Source: an uncultured delta proteobacterium
GTDB lineage: Bacteria > Desulfobacterota > Binatia > UBA9968
NCBI GenBank assembly: GCA_963847445.1
Contig: CAWJZV010000002.1
Location: 64,001 to 128,000 of the forward strand
Direction of reading: 5' to 3'
Length of the DNA stretch: 64,000 nt
Numbering within the stretch: the stretch's first letter is position 1; every line of letters begins with the position of its first letter. The notes beneath the pieces are model-generated. The model did not search any database. It saw nothing but the letters and a program-made list of their open reading frames with translations, and was not told where the DNA came from. The translations under genes were made by a program, and so were the position numbers. This document shows positions 1 through 10,367 of the stretch, in pieces.

Positions 1-863
1 GCGTTGGCGGTTGGCCGGCCGTCCAGCGCCCAGCCTGGGCGAATCGCATCGTAGACATAGCTGGCTTCATCCTGGCTCAGCGCCAACTGCTTCATCAACA
101 CCGGCACGGTCTTATCCTTTTGATTGACGATCACGCGGATGGCATCGAGCACGGCCTGGACGCCCGGACGTAGGAAGTCACGGCGGCTTTGCATGCTGCC
201 GAGCGACATGCCCAAGCCGCTTTGCGGCAGCTCCAGATCATCGCTCGCCCGGCCCAGGACATGAAATCCGGCTTTGACCATGCGCACGGTCTCGACGCTG
301 TTGAGCACCGCCACCTGCACCGCGCCGCCGCTCAACGCCGCGGCGCGCGCCGTCCCGGCGTTGACGACTTTGTAGTCATCGAGTTTAAAGCCGCGCCGGC
401 GCATCATTTCATGGAGCACGACATTGACTGTCCCCTGCGGCGTGTAGGCGCCGATCACCCGGCCGCGCAGCTGTTCGAAGCTGGCAATGTCCTTGGTCGC
501 GACCACCGAGAAGTCGGGGCGATTGAGCGCCACCAGGCCGACGCGCACCGGCAAACCGCGCAGCGCAGCGCGGGCGGTGGAACCGATGGCGGTGTAGAAA
601 TCCAATTCTCCCGCCAGCAGGGCCGCCAAACCGGCGCGCGGTTCCAGGACCAACACACGGGCGTCAAAGCCGTAGCTCTCAAAGATACCCAGGTGCTTGG
701 CCACATAGATCGCCGTCATGGTCACCGAATTGTTGGCCAGGGCGATATGCAGGGGCTTAAGCTTGGGTTTTTGCTGGGCGAAGGCCGAACTGGAACAAAA
801 TGGCCAGGTCAAAACAACGGCCACGAATCCAGCGACAAGGGCAACCCGCGTGATGCGAAACAT
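1..863 (-). CDS. ABC transporter substrate-binding protein, NMT1/THI5 (NitT/TauT-like) family; 3' end runs off the window
   Basis: Manual translation from ATG at 863 (RBS GAAGGAGG): MFRITRVALVAGFVAVVLTWPFCSSSAFAQQKPKLKPLHIALANNSVTMTAIYVAKHLGIFESYG. Signal peptide followed by the typical AIYVAKxxGxF motif. Confidence 0.75.
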   Translation of the reverse strand, partial: MFRITRVALVAGFVAVVLTWPFCSSSAFAQQKPKLKPLHIALANNSVTMTAIYVAKHLGIFESYGFDARVLVLEPRAGLAALLAGELDFYTAIGSTARAALRGLPVRVGLVALNRPDFSVVATKDIASFEQLRGRVIGAYTPQGTVNVVLHEMMRRRGFKLDDYKVVNAGTARAAALSGGAVQVAVLNSVETVRMVKAGFHVLGRASDDLELPQSGLGMSLGSMQSRRDFLRPGVQAVLDAIRVIVNQKDKTVPVLMKQLALSQDEASYVYDAIRPGWALDGRPTAN

Positions 864-955
864 TCCGCCTCCTTCAGTCCTCTTCCTCATACCCGCGTCG
901 AATCGATGCTGTCAAGGTAAAGAGCTGGCGCAGTGAGGATTAAGATCGGAACTTT

Positions 956-1260
956 CACCACGAAGGACCCAGCGCGGCACAGCAGCAACCAAATTTCGGA
1001 ATATCTCGCGCAAAGCACGCAAAGGGCGCAAAGGAAGAACGTTGTCATTTCGAACGGAGAGAGAAATCCTTCTTAGATCTTTTGCAGTCGCTCAGGATGA
1101 CAGGCCTCAGGCCTGTCACTTCGCGATCTTGGCGGCCTTGGCGCGAGGAATATCCGAATCCGAGGCGTCTCGGCTCCCGGACAATTTGCGCAAACCACGC
1201 AAATTATCTCGGATAATAGTACGAAGGGTTCGGCAAGGTATTTCGCCAAACTTCGTGACC
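956..1260. repeat. Nested composite of palindromic repeat elements
   Basis: Outer CACCACGAAG...CTTCGTG element; middle inverted repeat TTCGGAATATCTCGCGCAAAG (995) / CTTGGCGCGAGGAATATCCGAA (ends 1158); inner TGTCAT...ATGACA palindrome at 1043-1102. Confidence 0.7.
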
Positions 1261-1376
1261 TCCTTGGAAAATACCGGTCGGCTGTTTGTCGGATCTGGTG
1301 ACCAAAGGGAACCGCATCGTCGGTGCGTCGCGCGTGCTGGATGGGCTGCGCATGCTCACCACATCCTACGGGTTTG

Positions 1377-1456
1377 GTCATTTTGATTGTCGTAGTGTGT
1401 GTCAGCGCATGAGACAGAAACAAACAAACCTGGATGGCGGTTTTCACCGGCATGAC
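1377..1456. repeat. Degenerate GTCAT...ATGAC-type REP element
   Basis: Right half CTGGATGGCGGTTTTCACCGGCATGAC resembles the element at 18938-19006. Confidence 0.5.
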
Positions 1457-1484
1457 GGAGCTTGGCAAAACACCGCCGAACTAC

Positions 1485-3056
1485 TCAGTTCGACAGTTCG
1501 AATCGGCCATCTTTATCCTGTTTGATCCTGCCGTCCTCATACAAGCGCGCCACCGCATGAGCGACGGTTTTGTAATCCGCCTTGGGGAACTTCTCCAGCA
1601 GATCGGCGAAGAAGCAGTGTGACTTGCCCAGCGTCGCGACGATTTTTTCGCTCAAGGTTGCAACGGTCTCCTCCGGCTTGATTTGGGCTTCGGCTTTGGC
1701 GGTTATTTCAGCTGCGCCCAGGTAGTCGCTCAACTTGATCTTGTCCTGGTTGAAATAGACGATCCGCTTGTAGCGCTCGGCTGGAATATTTTCCGGAATC
1801 GTCGCATCGATGCCCATCTTCGCCGTCGTCGGCACTTTGCCGTGCAGCGGCAATGGCAGGGACGGATCGAGGGGCTTCGATCTGGCGTTGGAAATAATCA
1901 CCACGTCGCGGTCGGCCTGCACCCGGGTGGCGACGGCCCACTCGACGTCGACCGGGTCGAATACATCGATGTCGTCATCGACGATGGTGACATGTTTGAT
2001 GTCGGCGATGGAGAGCAGCGCCATGATCGCGTTCTTGCCGTCGCCCGGCACCTTCTTGATCGACGCGACGATATGCCAATGGCAGCAGCCGCCGGGGGTG
2101 ACGTTGATCGCCACCGTCTGCACGCCGGCCTCGAACAACACCCGGCGCGCCGCGGCTTCGTAGATCGGCGCTGACATCCAGATGTTTTCCCAAGGCATTT
2201 GCAGGGCGTAGTAGATGGCGTCTTTGCGATGCATGATCGACTTGATGCGCACCCGCGGGTTCATGTGCATGCCGCCCATGAGCCGGTTGAACTCCGAAAA
2301 CGGTCCTTCGGTGTGGACCCAGCCTTCGGGAAGGATTTCGCCTTCCAGGACAATTTCCGCATCGGCGATGCACGGCACCGGCACGGTTTCGCCGTCGGCC
2401 AGCCGCAGCGCTTCATTGCGCAAGCCGCCGGCGAAGGTCAGTTCGTTGACGCCTAGGTTTGCTTTGAAAGTCGCCGCGACCAGTTCGTACGGGTGGGTGC
2501 CGATGGAGATCGATATCGGCAGCGGTTGTTTTTTCGCCAGGGCGCGCTCGGCGAACTTGCGCATGTTGTTGGGCGTGACGATGTCGATGCCGGTGATGTT
2601 GCGCTCTTTGAGCATCAGGCGATAGATGCCGGCGTTGATGCCGAACTCGGGGTCTTCGGCGATGACTACGCCGCCGGTGATCATCGGCCCGCCATCCATA
2701 ATCGAGAAGACCGGCACCGGCAGGTCGAAGAGATTGATTTTTTTGCCGGTGATCCTGACCTCTTTCACCGGCGCGTTGGCGACCCGCCGCGGCGCGATCG
2801 GCTTGTCCATCGCTTTGCCCAGCTTATCGGCGATGTTTTCATAGGCGACGCCCATGCCCAGCGCGATGCGGTTACGCGATTGCAGCAGTCCGGAAACCAA
2901 AGACATGGAATAACCCGGCAGGTTTTTGAACAGCAAAGCTTTTTCCGACTGCGCCACCAGCGCCGCGACATCGCGCAGGTCCACCGGCTTGGTGATTTCC
3001 AGCAGCTCGTTGTTCTTGCGCAAGGTATCGACGTAGTCGCGAAAGCTCGCCTTCAT
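1485..3056 (-). CDS. UbiD family (prFMN-dependent) decarboxylase with C-terminal extension
   Basis: GIYRL, EGPFSE and DDDIDVFD..VEWAVATR motifs, plus an extra ~60-aa C-terminal domain. Confidence 0.9.
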   Translation of the reverse strand: MKASFRDYVDTLRKNNELLEITKPVDLRDVAALVAQSEKALLFKNLPGYSMSLVSGLLQSRNRIALGMGVAYENIADKLGKAMDKPIAPRRVANAPVKEVRITGKKINLFDLPVPVFSIMDGGPMITGGVVIAEDPEFGINAGIYRLMLKERNITGIDIVTPNNMRKFAERALAKKQPLPISISIGTHPYELVAATFKANLGVNELTFAGGLRNEALRLADGETVPVPCIADAEIVLEGEILPEGWVHTEGPFSEFNRLMGGMHMNPRVRIKSIMHRKDAIYYALQMPWENIWMSAPIYEAAARRVLFEAGVQTVAINVTPGGCCHWHIVASIKKVPGDGKNAIMALLSIADIKHVTIVDDDIDVFDPVDVEWAVATRVQADRDVVIISNARSKPLDPSLPLPLHGKVPTTAKMGIDATIPENIPAERYKRIVYFNQDKIKLSDYLGAAEITAKAEAQIKPEETVATLSEKIVATLGKSHCFFADLLEKFPKADYKTVAHAVARLYEDGRIKQDKDGRFELSN

Positions 3057-3160
3057 GGATTTACTCCCAGGGATTTATTTCGAGGAGACTTAACACGGCG
3101 ATACGGCTAATTCCAATCACACGGTGTCAACACGTCGATCTAACTGCAGAGGATCGTTCT

Positions 3161-3239
3161 CACCACGAAGGCACGAAGCACACGAAGGTTTAGGATAATT
3201 AAGAATTCGTACTTCGTGCCCTTCGTGTCCTTCGTGGTG
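3161..3239. repeat. CACGAAG-unit inverted repeat element
   Basis: CACCACGAAGGCACGAAGCACACGAAG ... CTTCGTGCCCTTCGTGTCCTTCGTGGTG. Confidence 0.8.
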
Positions 3240-3327
3240 CGAGCAATTTCCCGCTCTCCGCATATTTCGCAAACCCGACACCATGTGTTATAACGCGGGC
3301 GAACTTAGGCAATTCGAAAGGCGATCT

Positions 3328-4326
3328 ATGGCTTCATTTGGACTGACTTTGGCGAACCGCGGCGTGATCATCGGCGCGGTCACGGTACCGGAACTGTTCG
3401 ACATGGCGAAACGGGGCGAGGACTCCGGCGCATTTAGCGCTGTCTGGGTCGGCGATAGTCTGCTTGCCAAGCCGCGGCTGGAATCGATCACCTTGCTGTC
3501 GGCTCTGGCCGTGGTGACGAAAAAAGTCCAACTCGCGGTCGGCTGCATGGCGACCTTCCCGCACCGCCATCCGGCGCTGCTGGCGCAGCAATGGGCGAGC
3601 TTGGACGTGATCTCCGGCGGCCGCTCCTGGCTGGCGGTCTGTCTCGGCGGTCCCAACGAGCAGAGCCCGGCTCAAGCCCTCGAGCATAAAGTCATGGGCA
3701 TCAAGGACACCGAGCGCGTCGCCCGCCTCGAAGAGGGCATCGTCATTTTGAAAAAACTCTTCCATGAAGAGAAGGCATCGCATAAGGGGCGCTTCTATGA
3801 ATTCGAGGGCGTGACCATTCAACCGCGCCCGATTCAGAATCCTCTGCCGATCTGGATCGCCAGCAATCCCACCGGCCTGACGTGGAAAGATGGCGCCAGC
3901 GCGCCATCGCCTGCCGTCGAAAAAGGTCTACGGCGGGTGGCGAAATACGCCGACGGCTGGATGACCAACAAGGTTACACCTGAAGAATTCAAGTCCCAGT
4001 GGACGCGTATCTTGGCAATGGCCAAGGAAGAAGGCCGCGATCCGTCGAAAATCGGCAGCTCGCTGTACCACAACATCAACATCAACGAGAACCGCCAGGC
4101 GGCATTGGACGAGAGCAAGGCATTTCTCGATAAATACTACACGTCGAACTTCAGCATGAAGTTCGTCGAGGGCTTCACCACCGCCGGCAGCCCGAAACAG
4201 TGCATCGACGAACTCAAAGCCTATTTCGCCGCCGGCATCGAGCATGTGACGCTGCGCATGACGTCATGGGATCAGAACGGCCAGCTCAAGCGTTTTCTCG
4301 ATGAAGTCGTACCGGCGTTCAAATAA
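3328..4326 (+). CDS. LLM class flavin-dependent oxidoreductase (luciferase-like)
   Basis: FSAVWVGDS, QWASLDVISGGR, PIWIA and RRVAKYADGW motifs. Confidence 0.9.
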   Translation: MASFGLTLANRGVIIGAVTVPELFDMAKRGEDSGAFSAVWVGDSLLAKPRLESITLLSALAVVTKKVQLAVGCMATFPHRHPALLAQQWASLDVISGGRSWLAVCLGGPNEQSPAQALEHKVMGIKDTERVARLEEGIVILKKLFHEEKASHKGRFYEFEGVTIQPRPIQNPLPIWIASNPTGLTWKDGASAPSPAVEKGLRRVAKYADGWMTNKVTPEEFKSQWTRILAMAKEEGRDPSKIGSSLYHNININENRQAALDESKAFLDKYYTSNFSMKFVEGFTTAGSPKQCIDELKAYFAAGIEHVTLRMTSWDQNGQLKRFLDEVVPAFK

Positions 4327-4332
4327 AGAAGG

Positions 4333-4420
4333 TATTGGAGTAATGGAGTGTTGGAGTGATGGAGTAATGGGTCGGCCGAAGACCGTTCAGGTCCAACATT
4401 CCAGTAATCCATCACTCCAT
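4333..4420. repeat. TGGAGTRW octamer tandem/inverted repeat element
   Basis: TTGGAGTAATGGAGTGTTGGAGTGATGGAGTAATGG ... TCCAACATTCCAGTAATCCATCACTCCAT. Confidence 0.75.
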
Positions 4421-4431
4421 CCCCGGTCTTC

Positions 4432-5217
4432 ATGATTCTCGGCATCGATCATCTCGTCATCGTCGTCAATGATCTCGACCAGGCGGCGCGCGACTACCAG
4501 CAGCTCGGCTTCACCGTGGTGCCCGGCGGCCAACATCCGGTGGGCAGCCACAATGTCTTGATCTCGTTCGCCGATGGTTCCTATCTGGAAATCATCGCGT
4601 TTTACCGCGAAGCGATCGATCATCGCTGGTGGGACCCCTTGCAAAAGGGCGAGCGTTTGGTCGATTTTTGCTTTCAAACCGACGATCTGCGCGGCGACAC
4701 CAAGAAATTGCAGGATGCCGCTGTCGCGATCAACAACCCCGTGCCCTGGTCGCGCAAACGGCCGGACGGCTATGAACTCAAGTGGCTCCTGTCACTGGCC
4801 ACCGGCAGCCACCGCGGCGTGGCGCCATTTCTGATCGAAGACGTGACCCCGCGCAGCGAGCGGATTCCGCAGCAGTTCGTTCATGCCAATCAAACAGCCG
4901 GCATCGAAAAATTGCTCGTCGCGGTCGGCGAGCTTGGGCAAATCGGCAAATGGTATGGCGCGCTCCTCGGCGTCAAAGGCGAACCCTTTGCCGACGCTAC
5001 CCTCGGCGCCGACGGCCTGCGCTTCCAAGTGGGCGCCCATACCTTGGACTTTGTCAGCCCGCGTGCAGCCCATAGCCCGCTGGTTCATTGGCTGCGTGAA
5101 TTTGGTCCGTCGCCCTATGCGGCAGTCTTGAACTCGGCCAGGGATGGGGCAAAGTCACTCGATAACGGCCTCAGCCATGGCGCACAATTACTGGTTCGCG
5201 AGAATCTGCCACGGTGA
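4432..5217 (+). CDS. VOC family (glyoxalase-like) protein
   Basis: IDHLVIVV..L..A..Y..LGF, GGQHPxGSHN, YLEII and PFLIED motifs. Confidence 0.85.
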   Translation: MILGIDHLVIVVNDLDQAARDYQQLGFTVVPGGQHPVGSHNVLISFADGSYLEIIAFYREAIDHRWWDPLQKGERLVDFCFQTDDLRGDTKKLQDAAVAINNPVPWSRKRPDGYELKWLLSLATGSHRGVAPFLIEDVTPRSERIPQQFVHANQTAGIEKLLVAVGELGQIGKWYGALLGVKGEPFADATLGADGLRFQVGAHTLDFVSPRAAHSPLVHWLREFGPSPYAAVLNSARDGAKSLDNGLSHGAQLLVRENLPR

Positions 5218-5392
5218 CAAGCAGAATGCGTCGATGAAACTGCACGGACAAGTGTTTACGCCGCTGGATGGTGGTCGACGGAGTGGCGCGCCATCATCCC
5301 AGGCGGGTCAAACAATCTCGACACACATGACGACTTGGAGAGCTTACTCAAGTGCGATCTTTTAGTTAACCGTTCCGGGGAGAATCATCCTC

Positions 5393-6085
5393 ATGACCAT
5401 ACAAGAGAAACTGGCATTGGCCTGCCGCATCCTGGCCATGCAGGGCCACAACGACATGATCTACGGCCATGTTTCGGCGCGCAGCGAAAATCCGCAGCAG
5501 TATTGGATCAAGGGCTCAGGCATCGGCCTGGAAGAGGCCACCGCCGAGGATATGGTGCTGATCGATTTCGAGGGCAATACCCTGGCCGGCAAGCGCAAAC
5601 GCCACAACGAATTCCCGATCCACAGCGAGGTCTACCGGACCAATCCGGGAATCCAGTGCGTGATTCACACCCACCCGACCTACTCGACGATCATCGCCTC
5701 GTCCGACAAATCGATCCTGCCGATCACCAACCTGAGCTGCGCGTTTTATCCGCCGGCCATCGACAAGTTCGAGGAATCCTCCGATTTGATCGTCAGTCCC
5801 GCGCAAGGCATATCGGTGGCCAAACTGTTGGGCGAACATCAAATCGTGCTGCTGCGCAATCACGGCATCGTCGTTGCCGGTCCGAACATCGAAGAGACCT
5901 GCATCCGCGGCGTGCTGCTCGAACATAGCGCCAAGACCCAGGTCATAGCCGCGTCCATGGGTCCATTCACCTGGGCCACCGACGCCGACGCGCTGCTTAA
6001 ACGAAAACGAATTTACCGGCCCGACGCGATGATAAATTTATGGGAATATTATCTGCGCATGTTGCGCAAGCATGAAAGCAAGTAG
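5393..6085 (+). CDS. Class II aldolase/adducin family protein
   Basis: GHVSAR, EFPIHSEVYR, VIHTHP and LLRNHG motifs. Confidence 0.9.
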   Translation: MTIQEKLALACRILAMQGHNDMIYGHVSARSENPQQYWIKGSGIGLEEATAEDMVLIDFEGNTLAGKRKRHNEFPIHSEVYRTNPGIQCVIHTHPTYSTIIASSDKSILPITNLSCAFYPPAIDKFEESSDLIVSPAQGISVAKLLGEHQIVLLRNHGIVVAGPNIEETCIRGVLLEHSAKTQVIAASMGPFTWATDADALLKRKRIYRPDAMINLWEYYLRMLRKHESK

Positions 6086-6087
6086 CC

Positions 6088-6190
6088 GTTCAACCGGCTG
6101 ACAGACAGCCTCTGTTCAAAACGTTCAAGTCGTTCAAATCCGTTTCCTTCGGACGTTTTGAACGACTTGAACTGCTTGAACGTTTTGAAC
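6088..6190. repeat. GTTCAA nonamer tandem/inverted repeat between convergent genes
   Basis: GTTCAAAAC GTTCAAGTC GTTCAAATC ... GTTTTGAAC GACTTGAAC TGCTTGAAC GTTTTGAAC. Confidence 0.8.
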
Positions 6191-6196
6191 GCAGGT

Positions 6197-7388
6197 TTAC
6201 CGGTGAATCCCCAGGAACGCAAAAACCTTCGCTGCGTTGAAGACGTTATTTAACGCCACCAGATCGTGATCGGTGTGTTGAAAGCGGATGTCGCGGGCGC
6301 CGTAATTGATCGCCTGGATGCCGCGATGGTTGAATAGTCCGGTGTCGTTGGCGGCGGTTGAGTAGCAGAACTTCGGCTCATAGTTGAGCATCGTCCGGAT
6401 CCCCTGTTCGAGCACCTGCACCACTTCGGCGTCTTTCGCCACTTCGCTGGGATACATAAAATCGCGCGGCTGCACTTCGATCTCGAAGGGCTCGATCTTG
6501 CCGATGGCGTCTTTCATCTGCTCGATCGCTTTGGCCGGATCGTCGCCGGGCAAGAGCCGGCGGTCGAACATGATGCGGCATTCGCTCTGGATCGTGTGGG
6601 TCGCCTTGGGAAAACTTTCGATGGCGTTAGTCGTCAGGCTGACGTTGCCCAACTCGGGATGACGTTTATCCTCAGGGTGTCGGCATCAGCGGCTTCAACC
6701 GCTCCAACACCTGCATGGCGCCGTCGATGGCATTGATACCTTCCCAGGGCCGGCTGCTATGGGCCTGCTTGCCTTTGACGACGACCAGCACGTCAACCCT
6801 GCCCTTGTTACCCAGTTGAATCTCCGGCGGGCCGTCGATGACGCACCACTCCGCTTGCACGTTGCCATGATCGAGCACATGAACCAGCGAATCATGCTTG
6901 CCGGTCTCGCCGGCGGTGCTGACGATAAAATAAAGATCGCTGGGCAATTCGACTTTGTGGCTGCCGATGAATTTCACCGCCGCCATCATCGCCGCCAAAC
7001 TGCCCTTCTGTTCGCAGGCGCCGCGTCCCCAGACGCACTCGCCGTCGAGTCTGTAGGGCGTGCCGTCGACGATGGCGCCGGAATAGGGATTTTCCATCGT
7101 GCTCGGCGCCGCGCACATGGCATAACCGACCAGCATCAAACGGCCCTTAGGCTGGCGTCCCTTGATGACAAGAATCAGATTGCCCATCTTATCGAGGAAT
7201 GGTTTTAGCCCTGACTGCTGCAGCTCAGCCATGATCACGTCTTTGATCAGCGCGAGCACCTGCGGCTCCGCTTCGAGCAGCCGCGTCTGCGGACTGGCAT
7301 GTTGCACCAGCTTCACCGTCAGCCGCTTGACCTCGTCGTAGCTGAGATTCTTGTCAATTAATTTTTTGGCGGTGCCCGCGTCCAGCAT
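6197..7388 (-). CDS. M20/M25/M40 family metallo-hydrolase (ArgE/DapE-like); one frameshift near 6670
   Basis: ORFs 6672-7388 (WGRGACEQKG, GKQAHSSRPWEGINAI) and 6197-6652 (FDRRLLPG, HTDHD) join into one protein. Confidence 0.8.
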
Positions 7389-7409
7389 ATTTCTTCCTCA
7401 AATCTTATA

Positions 7410-9179
7410 TCAATGTCCCTCAAAGTCGCCGCCGACTTTGCCGATCCGGCGGGCGATCAAGATCAGCGTCATGCACACCAAGCTCACCACCAACGCCAAC
7501 GAACACATGGGCCCCAAATTGCCGTCGACGTAGAAGTGATAGAGCAACGGCCCCAACGGTTCGGCTCCCGGAGAATAGAGAAAGACCGAGGTGCTGAACT
7601 CGCGCAGAAAGATCGACGCCAAAAGTATCCAGCCGGCAATAAACCCCGGACGCAACAACGGCAAAAGAATGCGCCGGAAAGTCGTCAGGAAACTGGCGCC
7701 GCAGACCATCGAGGCCTGCTGCAGGTCGTCGTGCAATTGCACGATGGTGCTGGTCATGGTGCGTAGACCATAGGGCAAGAACCGCGTGATGTAGCCGATC
7801 ATCAGAATCCACAACGTGCCGTAGATCGGCAGCGGGATATACACGTAGGTCCAAAGTAAACCGATCGCCAAGGCGGTGCCGGGAAACGCCCAAGGGATGA
7901 ACGTCAAGGCTTCGATGACGCCGCGGCCGACCGTTTTGGTCTTGGTGGTGACCCAGGCGGTGAGCGCCGCCAGGAGCATGCACAGCGTCGCGCCGACGAC
8001 GGCGAGAAACAAGCTATTTTGCAGCGCCCGGTAAGTGCGCGTATCGGAGAGATTGGTGATGTAGTTATCCAGCGTCAGCAGCTCCCAGGTCTTGGCGCTG
8101 GGAACGTGAACGTAGGTGATAAAAGACACGTAGATCATGACTAGTGACGGCAGAACCACGATCAGGACGAGAATGAGACCGGCCAGCGCCGACGCCGCAT
8201 AACGCCACTTGCCCAGGTCGATGATCATCGGCCGATAACCGCGTCCGGTGACCGTCACGTAACGCTCCGAGCGCGCGGTTAAGTGCCGATAATAATAGAC
8301 GAAGAACATGGTGATCAGCAGCAACGAGACCCCATAAGCCGCGGCGAGATTTTGATTTGGCGGGAAAGCGCCGATCGCCTCGCGGTAGATTTTCGTCGTA
8401 AAAACTTCAATGCGCGCCGGCAGTGCAATGATCGCCGGGGTATCGAAACTCTCGATGGCGCGCACGAAGTTGAGCATCGCCGAAGCCAGCAAGGCCGGGC
8501 GCACGATCGGCAGCGTGATGCGCCAGGCGATCTGCATGTTGCTCGAACCGGCCACTCGCGCCGATTCTTCCAGCGCAGGGTCCATCGAATAAAGCGCCGC
8601 CGACACCATCAAAAATGCCAGTGGCACGGTGATCAAAGCCTCGACGTAAACCATGCCCCAAAGCGAATACAGATTGAACGGCGCTTCCGATAGGTCGAAG
8701 AGCTGCATCAAGGAACGGTTGATCAAGCCGGTGCGCGGGCTTAACAACACCGTCCACGACACCGCCAGCATCACCGGCGGAAAGATATTCGGCACGATGG
8801 CGGTTATTTCAAACAGCCTGCGCAACGGCGCGTTGGTGCGAATCGAGATCCAGGCCAATGTCGCCGCCAATGCGGTGGCGAGCAAGGCGGAACCGCCGGC
8901 GAAGACGAACGAATTGAACAACAGCTGATAAGTGAGCGGATCGCTGTAAGCGCTGATGTAATGCGCCAGGGTGAATTCTCCCGGCACGCCGAGCGGCTTG
9001 CTGCGAAAGCTGCCGTAGAAAAGCATCAGCGTCGGCGAGAGGCTCAGGTAGGCGATCACCACGCCGACGAAGACGACCACCGCGAGCTGCGGATTTTGCC
9101 GAAAGGCTCGCAGCGGGCGATCAAAAAGGCGGCTCGGAGCCACCGCATCAGTTAACGCCGTGTCTTTCACTTCCGTCAC
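7410..9179 (-). CDS. Iron(III)-type ABC transporter permease (FbpB-like, two TM modules)
   Basis: Multiple TM segments and two EAA-like loops (LEESARVAGSS, LQQASMVCGAS). Confidence 0.9.
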   Translation of the reverse strand: MTEVKDTALTDAVAPSRLFDRPLRAFRQNPQLAVVVFVGVVIAYLSLSPTLMLFYGSFRSKPLGVPGEFTLAHYISAYSDPLTYQLLFNSFVFAGGSALLATALAATLAWISIRTNAPLRRLFEITAIVPNIFPPVMLAVSWTVLLSPRTGLINRSLMQLFDLSEAPFNLYSLWGMVYVEALITVPLAFLMVSAALYSMDPALEESARVAGSSNMQIAWRITLPIVRPALLASAMLNFVRAIESFDTPAIIALPARIEVFTTKIYREAIGAFPPNQNLAAAYGVSLLLITMFFVYYYRHLTARSERYVTVTGRGYRPMIIDLGKWRYAASALAGLILVLIVVLPSLVMIYVSFITYVHVPSAKTWELLTLDNYITNLSDTRTYRALQNSLFLAVVGATLCMLLAALTAWVTTKTKTVGRGVIEALTFIPWAFPGTALAIGLLWTYVYIPLPIYGTLWILMIGYITRFLPYGLRTMTSTIVQLHDDLQQASMVCGASFLTTFRRILLPLLRPGFIAGWILLASIFLREFSTSVFLYSPGAEPLGPLLYHFYVDGNLGPMCSLALVVSLVCMTLILIARRIGKVGGDFEGH

Positions 9180-9269
9180 TAAAACAAAAAGAGGACCGGC
9201 CGCGCGCGCCTTTCGCGCACAGGCCAGCCCTCTTGTGCTGCAATCGATTCAGAGCGATCCCGCTACCAG

Positions 9270-10286
9270 CTATTTGCCGAAGAAAATTTCCCGAAAGGTG
9301 TTGCTCATCAGTTTTTTAAACTCATCCTCGGATGGGTTATCCATAAAAATCATATTGGGAGCGACTTTTTCCGCGTCTTTGATCGGCGGAAAAATTCCCG
9401 GATACATCACGAACTCGCCTTCCTCGGCCACCAGTTTTTGGCCCTCCTCCGAGCATATGAACTCAAGATATAACTTCGCCGCGTTCGGATGAGACGCCTT
9501 GGCGCCGAGACTCATATAATTCGGATCGGTCAAATATTTGTCCATCAAGGCGTAGGCAACCGGCCCTTTGTACTGTTTTACATATTTGATGTAGGTAATG
9601 CCCACCGGCGCCTCGCCCTTGATAATCGTGGTCGTAACCGGAGCCAAAGATTCGACCAGAAGCGGTTGCTGTTTGGCCAGTGCTCTGACCAGATCCAACC
9701 ATTTATCGCCTTTGAACTTGCTCAGATTCCACAGAAACTGCGCCGTCGTGGTGTGCCGGGTAGGATCGGGCATGGTCAATTTGCGGCTCCATTTGGGACT
9801 CGCAAGCTCGTCGAAGGTCTTCGGAATATCGCCCGACTTGACCATATCCGTGTTGTACAAAATACTGATTGGCAGCACCCGCCAGGGCGTGATCATGCCG
9901 TCTTTTTCCTTGAACTGGGCCGGAAACTTCTCAGACGATGGCGGGATGTATTTTTGGAATAGCCCGTCGTCCCGCATGATCAGCTGAACTCCGCGATTGC
10001 CTTCGACGACATCGAAGCCGGGTTTACCCGCCCGCCATTCGGTCAGCGCCCGTTCCGACACTTGTGTCGAGGAACCTCGCCAATATTCGGCGGTTATGCC
10101 ATATTTTTTTTCAAATGCGCTGTGCAGCGGCTTCATGGCTTGAGGCACCTGGGCACCGTATACGACGACTTTGCCTTCCTTCTTGGCCGCCTCGACGTTG
10201 ACCGCTTGCGCCCACAGCGGCGCAGCGCCTAGCAGGATAGCGGTAAGGCTGAGAAACAGTAACCAAAGTGTCTTGCCGTTTTTCAT
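9270..10286 (-). CDS. ABC transporter extracellular solute-binding protein (Fe3+/thiamine-like family)
   Basis: Signal peptide, AAKKEGKVVVY, YNTDMV..PKTFDEL..PKW and HPNAAKLYLEF..SEEGQ. Confidence 0.9.
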   Translation of the reverse strand: MKNGKTLWLLFLSLTAILLGAAPLWAQAVNVEAAKKEGKVVVYGAQVPQAMKPLHSAFEKKYGITAEYWRGSSTQVSERALTEWRAGKPGFDVVEGNRGVQLIMRDDGLFQKYIPPSSEKFPAQFKEKDGMITPWRVLPISILYNTDMVKSGDIPKTFDELASPKWSRKLTMPDPTRHTTTAQFLWNLSKFKGDKWLDLVRALAKQQPLLVESLAPVTTTIIKGEAPVGITYIKYVKQYKGPVAYALMDKYLTDPNYMSLGAKASHPNAAKLYLEFICSEEGQKLVAEEGEFVMYPGIFPPIKDAEKVAPNMIFMDNPSEDEFKKLMSNTFREIFFGK

Positions 10287-10367
10287 CGGTTCCTCCATTT
10301 TGTCCGAGCCGTTCAATAGGTATCGACCGTAACCGGCTAAGTCAAGCCGGGATGTCCCTGCGAAAAG

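Noticed and set aside
189-920. Long plus-strand ORF, and similar antisense ORFs such as 21341-22633, 19001-19879 and 35062-36189
   Set aside because: These are shadow ORFs opposite well-supported genes in GC-rich DNA, with no recognisable motifs.
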